Assembly (NCBI GenBank): GCA_964057225.1
Contig: OZ059897.1
Location: forward strand, 4,898,001-4,962,000
From: Auanema rhodensis
Taxonomy: Eukaryota > Animalia > Nematoda
Direction: 5' to 3'
Length of the DNA: 64,000 bases
This document shows, one piece after another, positions 52,053 to 64,000 of this stretch; position 1 is the stretch's first letter, and the number at the start of each line of letters is the position of its first letter. The position numbers and the translations under genes are program-made. Under the pieces are notes generated by a model. It was not told the origin of the DNA and did no database searches. It worked only from the letters and a program-made list of their open reading frames with translations.

Positions 52053-55000
52053 ACGTGAACATTTAATTAGCATAAATTAAAGTTCACGTAAATTTCAAAG
52101 TCATGGTTACCATGCACCAATATCAATAAAAATTTGTTTTTAGACTAATATGGACATGAGGAATCTAATTTTGAAAACCGCATCTCTTTATCTTTCACGT
52201 GAAGTGAGTTACATACCAAGTGCACATCACGTGTACATTTAATTAGCATAAATTAAAGTTCACGTAAATTTCAAAGTCATGGTTACCATGCACCAATATC
52301 AATAAAAATTTGTTTTTAGACTAATATGGACATGGGGAATCTAATTTTGAAAACCGCATCTCTTTATCTTTCACGTGAAGCAAGTTACATACCAAGTGCA
52401 CATCACGTGTACATTTAATTAGCATAAATTAAAGTTCACGTAAATTTCAAAGTCATGGTTACCATGCACCAATATCAATAAAAATTTGTTTTTAGACTAA
52501 TATGGACATGGGGAATCTAATTTTGAAAACCGCATCTCTTTATCTTTCACGTGAAGCGAGTTACATACCAAGTGCACATCACGTGTACATTTAATTAGCA
52601 TAAATTAAAGTTCACGTAAATTTCAAAGTCATGGTTACCATGCACCAATATCAATAAAAATTTGTTTTTAGACTAATATGGACATGGGGAATCTAATTTT
52701 GAAAACCGCATCTCTTTATCTTTCACGTGAAGCAAGTTACATACCAAGTGCACATCACGTGTACATTTAATTAGCATAAATTAAAGTTCACGTAAATTTC
52801 AAAGTCATGGTTACCATGCACCAATATCAATACAAAATTGGTTTTAGACTAATATGGACATGGGGAATCTAATTTTGAAAACCGCATCTCTTTATCTTTC
52901 ACGTGAAGCAAGTTACATACCAAGTGCACATCACGTGTACATTTAATTAGCATAAATTAAAGTTCACGTAAATTTCAAAGTCATGGTTACCATGCACCAA
53001 TATCAATAAAAATTTGTTTTTAGACTAATATGTACATGGGGAATCTAATTTTGAAAACCGCATCTCTTTATCTTTCACGTGAAGCGAGTTACATACCAAG
53101 TGCACATCACGTGTACATTTAATTAGCATAAATTAAAGTTCACGTAAATTTCAAAGTCATGGTTACCATGCACCAATATCAATAAAAATTTGTTTTTAGA
53201 CTAATATGGACATGGGGAATCTAATTTTGAAAACCGCATCTCTTTATCTTTCACGTGAAGAGAGTTACATACCAAGTGCACATCACGTGTACATTTAATT
53301 AGCATAAATTAAAGTTCACGTAAATTTCAAAGTCATGGTTACCATGCACCAATATCAATAAAAATTTGTTTTTAGACTAATATGGACATGGGGAATCTAA
53401 TTTTGAAAACCGCATCTCTTTATCTTTCACGTGAAGCGAGTTACATACCAAGTGCACATCACGTGTACATTTAATTAGCATAAATTAAAGTTCACGTAAA
53501 TTTCAAAGTCATGGTTACCATGCACCAATATCAATAAAAATTTGTTTTTAGACTAATATGGACATGGGGAATCTAATTTTGAAAACCGCATCTCTTTATC
53601 TTTCACGTGAAGCGAGTTACATACCAAGTGCACATCACGTGTACATTTAATTAGCATAAATTAAAGTTCACGTAAATTTCAAAGTCATGGTTACCATGCA
53701 CCAATATCAATAAAAATTTGTTTTTAGACTAATATGGACATGGGGAATCTAATTTTGAAAACCGCATCTCTTTATCTTTCACGTGAAGTGAGTTACATAC
53801 CAAGTGCACATCACGTGTACATTTAATTAGCATAAATTAAAGTTCACGTAAATTTCAAAGTCATGGTTACCATGCACCAATATCAATAAAAATTTGTTTT
53901 TAGACTAATATGGACATGGGGAATCTAATTTTGAAAACCGCATCTCTTTATCTTTCACGTGAAGCGAGTTACATACCAAGTGCACATCACGTGTACATTT
54001 AATTAGCATAAATTAAAGTTCACGTAAATTTCAAAGTCATGGTTACCATGCACCAATATCAATAAAAATTTGTTTTTAGACTAATATGGACATGGGGAAA
54101 CTAATTTTGAAAACCGCATCTCTTTATCTTTCACGTGAAGCAAGTCACATACCAAGTGCACATCACGTGCACATTTAATTAGCATAAATTAAAGTTCACG
54201 TAAATTTCAAACTCATGGTTACCATGCACCAATATCAATAAAAATTTGTTTTTAGACTAATATGGACATGGGGAATCTAATTTTGAAAACCGCATCTCTT
54301 TATCTTTCACGTGAAGTGAGTTACATACCAAGTGCACATCACGTGTACATTTAATTAGCATAAATTAAAGTTCACGTAAATTTCAAAGTCATGGTTACCA
54401 TGCACCAATATCAATAAAAATTTGTTTTTAGACTAATATGGACATGGGGAATCTAATTTTGAAAACCGCATCTCTTTATCTTTCACGTGAAGTGAGTTAC
54501 ATACCAAGTGCACATCACGTGTACATTTAATTAGCATAAATTAAAGTTCACGTAAATTTCAAAGTCATGGTTACCATGCACCAATAACAATAAAAATTTG
54601 TTTTTAGACTAATATGGACATGGGGAATCTAATTTTGAAAACCGCATCTCTTTATCTTTCACGTGAAGCGAGTTACATACCAAGTGCACATCACGTGTAC
54701 ATTTAATTAGCATAAATTAAAGTTCACGTAAATTTCAAAGTCATGGTTACCATGCACCAATATCAATAAAAATTTGTTTTTAGACTAATATGGACATGGG
54801 GAATCTAATTTTGAAAACCGCATCTCTTTATCTTTCACGTGAAGCGAGTTACATACCAAGTGCACATCACGTGTACATTTAATTAGCATAAATTAAAGTT
54901 CACGTAAATTTCAAAGTCATGGTTACCATGCACCAATATCAATAAAAATTTGTTTTTAGACTAATATGGTCATGGGGAATCTAATTTTGAAAACCGCATC

Positions 55001-58000
55001 TCTTTATCTTTCACGTGAAGCAAGTTACATACCAAGTGCACATCACGTGCACATTTAATTAGCATAAATTAAAGTTCACGTAAATTTCAAACTCATGGTT
55101 ACCATGCACCAATATCAATAAAAATTTGTTTTTAGACTAATATGGACATGGGGAAACTAATTTTGAAAACCGCATCTCTTTATCTTTCACGTGAAGCAAG
55201 TCACATACCAAGTGCACATCACGTGCACATTTAATTAGCATAAATTAAAGTTCACGTAAATTTCAAACTCATGGTTACCATGCACCAATATCAATAAAAA
55301 TTTGTTTTTAGACTAATATGGACATGGGGAATCTAATTTTGAAAACCGCATCTCTTTATCTTTCACGTGAAGCGAGTTACATACCAAGTGCACATCACGT
55401 GTACATTTAATTAGCATAAATTAAAGTTCACGTAAATTTCAAAGTCATGGTTACCATGCACCAATATCAATAAAAATTTGTTTTTAGACTAATATGGACA
55501 TGGGGAAACTAATTTTGAAAACCGCATCTCTTTATCTTTCACGTGAAGCAAGTCACATACCAAGTGCACATCACGTGTACATTTAATTAGCATAAATTAA
55601 AGTTCACGTAAATTTCAAAGTCATGGTTACCATGCACCAATATCAATAAAAATTTGTTTTTAGACTAATATGGTCATGGGGAATCTAATTTTGAAAACCG
55701 CATCTCTTTATCTTTCACGTGAAGCAAGTTACATACCAAGTGCACATCACGTGCACATTTAATTAGCATAAATTAAAGTTCACGTAAATTTCAAACTCAT
55801 GGTTACCATGCACCAATATCAATAAAAATTTGTTTTTAGACTAATATGGACATGGGGAAACTAATTTTGAAAACCGCATCTCTTTATCTTTCACGTGAAG
55901 CAAGTCACATACCAAGTGCACATCACGTGCACATTTAATTAGCATAAATTAAAGTTCACGTAAATTTCAAACTCATGGTTACCATGCACCAATATCAATA
56001 AAAATTTGTTTTTAGACTAATATGGACATGGGGAATCTAATTTTGAAAACCGCATCTCTTTATCTTTCACGTGAAGTGAGTTACATACCAAGTGCACATC
56101 ACGTGTACATTTAATTAGCATAAATTAAAGTTCACGTAAATTTCAAAGTCATGGTTACCATGCACCAATAACAATAAAAATTTGTTTTTAGACTAATATG
56201 GACATGGGGAATCTAATTTTGAAAACCGCATCTCTTTATCTTTCACGTGAAGCGAGTTACATACCAAGTGCACATCACGTGTACATTTAAATAGCATAAA
56301 ATAAAGTTCACGTAAATTTCAAAGTCATGGTTACCATGCACCAATATCAATAAAAATTTGTTTTTAGACTAATATGGACATGGGGAATCTAATTTTGAAA
56401 ACCGCATCTCTTTATCTTTCACGTGAAGAGAGTTACATACCAAGTGCACATCACGTGTACATTTAATTAGCATAAATTAAAGTTCACGTAAATTTCAAAG
56501 TCATGGTTACCATGCACCAATATCAATAAAAATTTGTTTTTAGACTAATATGGACATGGGGAATCTAATTTTGAAAACCGCATCTCTTTATCTTTCACGT
56601 GAAGCGAGTTACATACCAAGTGCACATCACGTGTACATTTAATTAGCATAAATTAAAGTTCACGTAAACTTCAAAGTCATGGTTACCATGCACCAATATC
56701 AATAAAAATTTGTTTTTAGACTAATATGGACATGGGGAATCTAATTTTGAAAACCGCATCTCTTTATCTTTCACGTGAAGCGAGTTACATACCAAGTGCA
56801 CATCACGTGTACATTTAATTAGCATAAATTAAAGTTCACGTAAATTTCAAAGTCATGGTTACCATGCACCAATATCAATAAAAATTTGTTTTTAGACTAA
56901 TATGGACATGGGGAATCTAATTTTGAAAACCGCATCTCTTTATCTTTCACGTGAAGTGAGTTACATACCAAGTGCACATCACGTGTACATTTAATTAGCA
57001 TAAATTAAAGTTCACGTAAATTTCAAAGTCATGGTTACCATGCACCAATAACAATAAAAATTTGTTTTTAGACTAATATGGACATGGGGAATCTAATTTT
57101 GAAAACCGCATCTCTTTATCTTTCACGTGAAGCGAGTTACATACCAAGTGCACATCACGTGTACATTTAATTAGCATAAAATAAAGTTCACGTAAATTTC
57201 AAAGTCATGGTTACCATGCACCAATATCAATAAAAATTTGTTTTTAGACTAATATGGACATGGGGAATCTAATTTTGAAAACCGCATCTCTTTATCTTTC
57301 ACGTGAAGAGAGTTACATACCAAGTGCACATCACGTGTACATTTAATTAGCATAAATTAAAGTTCACGTAAATTTCAAAGTCATGGTTACCATGCACCAA
57401 TATCAATAAAAATTTGTTTTTAGACTAATATGGACATGGGGAATCTAATTTTGAAAACCGCATCTCTTTATCTTTCACGTGAAGCGAGTTACATACCAAG
57501 TGCACATCACGTGTACATTTAATTAGCATAAATTAAAGTTCACGTAAACTTCAAAGTCATGGTTACCATGCACCAATATCAATAAAAATTTGTTTTTAGA
57601 CTAATATGGACATGGGGAATCTAATTTTGAAAACCGCATCTCTTTATCTTTCACGTGAAGCGAGTTACATACCAAGTGCACATCACGTGTACATTTAATT
57701 AGCATAAATTAAAGTTCACGTAAATTTCAAAGTCATGGTTACCATGCACCAATATCAATAAAAATTTGTTTTTAGACTAATATGGACATGGGGAATCTAA
57801 TTTTGAAAACCGCATCTCTTTATCTTTCACGTGAAGTGAGTTACATACCAAGTGCACATCACGTGTACATTTAATTAGCATAAATTAAAGTTCACGTAAA
57901 TTTCAAAGTCATGGTTACCATGCACCAATATCAATAAAAATTTGTTTTTAGACTAATATGGACATGGGGAAACTAATTTTGAAAACCGCATCTCTTTATC

Positions 58001-61000
58001 TTTCACGTGAAGCAAGTCACATACCAAGTGCACATCACGTGCACATTTAATTAGCATAAATTAAAGTTCACGTAAATTTCAAACTCATGGTTACCATGCA
58101 CCAATATCAATAAAAATTTGTTTTTAGACTAATATGGACATGGGGAATCTAATTTTGAAAACCGCATCTCTTTATCTTTCACGTGAAGTGAGTTACATAC
58201 CAAGTGCACATCACGTGTACATTTAATTAGCATAAATTAAAGTTCACGTAAATTTCAAAGTCATGGTTACCATGCACCAATAACAATAAAAATTTGTTTT
58301 TAGACTAATATGGACATGGGGAATCTAATTTTGAAAACCGCATCTCTTTATCTTTCACGTGAAGTGAGTTACATACCAAGTGCACATCACGTGTACATTT
58401 AATTAGCATAAATTAAAGTTCACGTAAATTTCAAAGTCATGGTTACCATGCACCAATAACAATAAAAATTTGTTTTTAGACTAATATGGACATGGGGAAT
58501 CTAATTTTGAAAACCGCATCTCTTTATCTTTCACGTGAAGCGAGTTACATACCAAGTGCACATCACGTGTACATTTAATTAGCATAAAATAAAGTTCACG
58601 TAAATTTCAAAGTCATGGTTACCATGCACCAATATCAATAAAAATTTGTTTTTAGACTAATATGGACATGGGGAATCTAATTTTGAAAACCGCATCTCTT
58701 TATCTTTCACGTGAAGAGAGTTACATACCAAGTGCACATCACGTGTACATTTAATTAGCATAAATTAAAGTTCACGTAAATTTCAAAGTCATGGTTACCA
58801 TGCACCAATATCAATAAAAATTTGTTTTTAGACTAATATGGTCATGGGGAATCTAATTTTGAAAACCGCATCTCTTTATCTTTCACGTGAAGCAAGTTAC
58901 ATACCAAGTGCACATCACGTGCACATTTAATTAGCATAAATTAAAGTTCACGTAAATTTCAAACTCATGGTTACCATGCACCAATATCAATAAAAATTTG
59001 TTTTTAGACTAATATGGACATGGGGAAACTAATTTTGAAAACCGCATCTCTTTATCTTTCACGTGAAGCAAGTCACATACCAAGTGCACATCACGTGCAC
59101 ATTTAATTAGCATAAATTAAAGTTCACGTAAATTTCAAACTCATGGTTACCATGCACCAATATCAATAAAAATTTGTTTTTAGACTAATATGGACATGGG
59201 GAATCTAATTTTGAAAACCGCATCTCTTTATCTTTCACGTGAAGTGAGTTACATACCAAGTGCACATCACGTGTACATTTAATTAGCATAAATTAAAGTT
59301 CACGTAAATTTCAAAGTCATGGTTACCATGCACCAATAACAATAAAAATTTGTTTTTAGACTAATATGGACATGGGGAATCTAATTTTGAAAACCGCATC
59401 TCTTTATCTTTCACGTGAAGCGAGTTACATACCAAGTGCACATCACGTGTACATTTAAATAGCATAAAATAAAGTTCACGTAAATTTCAAAGTCATGGTT
59501 ACCATGCACCAATATCAATAAAAATTTGTTTTTAGACTAATATGGACATGGGGAATCTAATTTTGAAAACCGCATCTCTTTATCTTTCACGTGAAGAGAG
59601 TTACATACCAAGTGCACATCACGTGTACATTTAATTAGCATAAATTAAAGTTCACGTAAATTTCAAAGTCATGGTTACCATGCACCAATATCAATAAAAA
59701 TTTGTTTTTAGACTAATATGGACATGGGGAATCTAATTTTGAAAACCGCATCTCTTTATCTTTCACGTGAAGCGAGTTACATACCAAGTGCACATCACGT
59801 GTACATTTAATTAGCATAAATTAAAGTTCACGTAAACTTCAAAGTCATGGTTACCATGCACCAATATCAATAAAAATTTGTTTTTAGACTAATATGGACA
59901 TGGGGAATCTAATTTTGAAAACCGCATCTCTTTATCTTTCACGTGAAGCGAGTTACATACCAAGTGCACATCACGTGTACATTTAATTAGCATAAATTAA
60001 AGTTCACGTAAATTTCAAAGTCATGGTTACCATGCACCAATATCAATAAAAATTTGTTTTTAGACTAATATGGACATGGGGAATCTAATTTTGAAAACCG
60101 CATCTCTTTATCTTTCACGTGAAGTGAGTTACATACCAAGTGCACATCACGTGTACATTTAATTAGCATAAATTAAAGTTCACGTAAATTTCAAAGTCAT
60201 GGTTACCATGCACCAATAACAATAAAAATTTGTTTTTAGACTAATATGGACATGGGGAATCTAATTTTGAAAACCGCATCTCTTTATCTTTCACGTGAAG
60301 CGAGTTACATACCAAGTGCACATCACGTGTACATTTAATTAGCATAAAATAAAGTTCACGTAAATTTCAAAGTCATGGTTACCATGCACCAATATCAATA
60401 AAAATTTGTTTTTAGACTAATATGGACATGGGGAATCTAATTTTGAAAACCGCATCTCTTTATCTTTCACGTGAAGAGAGTTACATACCAAGTGCACATC
60501 ACGTGTACATTTAATTAGCATAAATTAAAGTTCACGTAAATTTCAAAGTCATGGTTACCATGCACCAATATCAATAAAAATTTGTTTTTAGACTAATATG
60601 GACATGGGGAATCTAATTTTGAAAACCGCATCTCTTTATCTTTCACGTGAAGCGAGTTACATACCAAGTGCACATCACGTGTACATTTAATTAGCATAAA
60701 TTAAAGTTCACGTAAACTTCAAAGTCATGGTTACCATGCACCAATATCAATAAAAATTTGTTTTTAGACTAATATGGACATGGGGAATCTAATTTTGAAA
60801 ACCGCATCTCTTTATCTTTCACGTGAAGCGAGTTACATACCAAGTGCACATCACGTGTACATTTAATTAGCATAAATTAAAGTTCACGTAAATTTCAAAG
60901 TCATGGTTACCATGCACCAATATCAATAAAAATTTGTTTTTAGACTAATATGGACATGGGGAATCTAATTTTGAAAACCGCATCTCTTTATCTTTCACGT

Positions 61001-64000
61001 GAAGTGAGTTACATACCAAGTGCACATCACGTGTACATTTAATTAGCATAAATTAAAGTTCACGTAAATTTCAAAGTCATGGTTACCATGCACCAATATC
61101 AATAAAAATTTGTTTTTAGACTAATATGGACATGGGGAAACTAATTTTGAAAACCGCATCTCTTTATCTTTCACGTGAAGCAAGTCACATACCAAGTGCA
61201 CATCACGTGCACATTTAATTAGCATAAATTAAAGTTCACGTAAATTTCAAACTCATGGTTACCATGCACCAATATCAATAAAAATTTGTTTTTAGACTAA
61301 TATGGACATGGGGAATCTAATTTTGAAAACCGCATCTCTTTATCTTTCACGTGAAGTGAGTTACATACCAAGTGCACATCACGTGTACATTTAATTAGCA
61401 TAAATTAAAGTTCACGTAAATTTCAAAGTCATGGTTACCATGCACCAATAACAATAAAAATTTGTTTTTAGACTAATATGGACATGGGGAATCTAATTTT
61501 GAAAACCGCATCTCTTTATCTTTCACGTGAAGCGAGTTACATACCAAGTGCACATCACGTGTACATTTAATTAGCATAAATTAAAGTTCACGTAAATTTC
61601 AAAGTCATGGTTACCATGCACCAATATCAATAAAAATTTGTTTTTAGACTAATATGGACATGGGGAATCTAATTTTGAAAACCGCATCTCTTTATCTTTC
61701 ACGTGAAGCGAGTTACATACCAAGTGCACATCACGTGTACATTTAATTAGCATAAATTAAAGTTCACGTAAATTTCAAAGTCATGGTTACCATGCACCAA
61801 TATCAATAAAAATTTGTTTTTAGACTAATATGGTCATGGGGAATCTAATTTTGAAAACCGCATCTCTTTATCTTTCACGTGAAGCAAGTCACATACCAAG
61901 TGCACATCACGTGCACATTTAATTAGCATAAATTAAAGTTCACGTAAATTTCAAACTCATGGTTACCATGCACCAATATCAATAAAAATTTGTTTTTAGA
62001 CTAATATGGACATGGGGAAACTAATTTTGAAAACCGCATCTCTTTATCTTTCACGTGAAGCAAGTCACATACCAAGTGCACATCACGTGCACATTTAATT
62101 AGCATAAATTAAAGTTCACGTAAATTTCAAACTCATGGTTACCATGCACCAATATCAATAAAAATTTGTTTTTAGACTAATATGGACATGGGGAATCTAA
62201 TTTTGAAAACCGCATCTCTTTATCTTTCACGTGAAGTGAGTTACATACCAAGTGCACATCACGTGTACATTTAATTAGCATAAATTAAAGTTCACGTAAA
62301 TTTCAAAGTCATGGTTACCATGCACCAATAACAATAAAAATTTGTTTTTAGACTAATATGGACATGGGGAATCTATTTTTGAAAACCGCATCTCTTTATC
62401 TTTCACGTGAAGCGAGTTACATACCAAGTGCACATCACGTGTACATTTAATTAGCATAAAATAAAGTTCACGTAAATTTCAAAGTCATGGTTACCATGCA
62501 CCAATATCAATAAAAATTTGTTTTTAGACTAATATGGACATGGGGAATCTAATTTTGAAAACCGCATCTCTTTATCTTTCACGTGAAGCGAGTTACATAC
62601 CAAGTGCACATCACGTGTACATTTAATTAGCATAAATTAAAGTTCACGTAAATTTCAAAGTCATGGTTACCATGCACCAATATCAATAAAAATTTGTTTT
62701 TAGACTAATATGGTCATGGGGAATCTAATTTTGAAAACCGCATCTCTTTATCTTTCACGTGAAGCAAGTCACATACCAAGTGCACATCACGTGCACATTT
62801 AATTAGCATAAATTAAAGTTCACGTAAATTTCAAACTCATGGTTACCATGCATCAATATCAATAAAAATTTGTTTTTAGACTAATATGGACATGGGGAAT
62901 CTAATTTTGAAAACCGCATCTCTTTATCTTTCACGTGAAGTGAGTTACATACCAAGTGCACATCACGTGTACATTTAATTAGCATAAATTAAAGTTCACG
63001 TAAATTTCAAAGTCATGGTTACCATGCACCAATAACAATAAAAATTTGTTTTTAGACTAATATGGACATGGGGAATCTAATTTTGAAAACCGCATCTCTT
63101 TATCTTTCACGTGAAGCGAGTTACATACCAAGTGCACATCACGTGTACATTTAATTAGCATAAATTAAAGTTCACGTAAATTTCAAAGTCATGGTTACCA
63201 TGCACCAATATCAATAAAAATTTGTTTTTAGACTAATATGGACATGTGGAATCTAATTTTGAAAACCGCATCTCTTTATCTTTCACGTGAAGCGAGTTAC
63301 ATACCAAGTGCACATCACGTGAACATTTAATTAGCATAAATTAAAGTTCACGTAAATTTCAAAGTCATGGTTACCATGCACCAATATCAATAAAAATTTG
63401 TTTTTAGACTAATATGGACATGGGGAATCTAATTTTGAAAACCGCATCTCTTTATCTTTCACGTGAAGTGAGTTACATACCAAGTGCACATCACGTGTAC
63501 ATTTAATTAGCATAAATTAAAGTTCACGTAAATTTCAAAGTCATGGTTACCATGCACCAATATCAATAAAAATTTGTTTTTAGACTAATATGGACATGGG
63601 GAATCTAATTTTGAAAACCGCATCTCTTTATCTTTCACGTGAAGCAAGTTACATACCAAGTGCACATCACGTGTACATTTAATTAGCATAAATTAAAGTT
63701 CACGTAAATTTCAAAGTCATGGTTACCATGCACCAATATCAATAAAAATTTGTTTTTAGACTAATATGGACATGGGGAATCTAATTTTGAAAACCGCATC
63801 TCTTTATCTTTCACGTGAAGCGAGTTACATACCAAGTGCACATCACGTGTACATTTAATTAGCATAAATTAAAGTTCACGTAAATTTCAAAGTCATGGTT
63901 ACCATGCACCAATATCAATAAAAATTTGTTTTTAGACTAATATGGACATGGGGAAACTAATTTTGAAAACCGCATCTCTTTATCTTTCACGTGAAGCAAG
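52053..64000. repeat. 176-bp tandem satellite array, segment 3 (~68 monomers; continues beyond the window end)
   Basis: Same monomer and orientation, resuming at ACGTGAACATTTAATT. Confidence 0.99.
55620..61530. repeat. 18-monomer (3,168-bp) higher-order duplication containing nested 5-mer (880-bp) repeats
   Basis: Variants pair at offset 3,168: 55674/58842, 56291/59459, 56669/59837. The 880-bp pair is 56669/57549. Confidence 0.8.

Larger units (their letters stand above)
26514..58350. repeat. ~16-kb tandem segmental duplication (satellite plus LINE); units approx. 26514-42547 and 42548-~58350
   Basis: Rare variants pair at offset 16,034 upstream (26614/42648, 28200/44234, 28493/44527, 29831/45865) and 16,035 downstream (36124/52159, 36798/52833). 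Private variants at 26452 and 26513 are absent from the second unit. The right boundary is approximate. Confidence 0.85.

Noticed and set aside
31424-52056. Site-specific, satellite-targeting LINE inferred from two insertions at the same monomer position
   Set aside because: Shared private flanking SNPs show a single insertion that was later duplicated, so there is only one independent event.
1-64000. CRISPR array or prokaryotic RT system (retron, DGR, group II intron)
   Set aside because: The repeats are contiguous 176-bp monomers without unique spacers, and the RT is fused to an APE endonuclease with non-LTR motifs.

Overview
Eukaryotic satellite array of about 311 head-to-tail copies of an AT-rich, dyad-rich 176-bp monomer. 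It is interrupted by two nearly identical, apparently full-length and intact CR1-like non-LTR retrotransposons (31428-36017 and 47462-52052, + strand, ORF1 plus APE-RT ORF2, 4-bp ACGT target-site duplication). Shared rare satellite variants on both flanks show the two LINEs come from one insertion copied in a ~16-kb tandem duplication of the array (16,034 = 65 x 176 + 4,594), not from two targeted insertions. The most striking signal is at the ORF1/ORF2 junction. ORF2 has no AUG upstream of its endonuclease domain and lies in the +1 frame, and the last three sense codons of ORF1 are UCC_UUU_CGU, the influenza PA-X +1 ribosomal frameshift motif. A slip there gives an in-frame 1,295-aa ORF1-APE-RT fusion. 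There are no host genes, RNA genes or CRISPR arrays. The host is not identifiable with certainty; ORF1/ORF2 motifs suggest an invertebrate, possibly a nematode. All comparisons were made by eye, without alignment tools.
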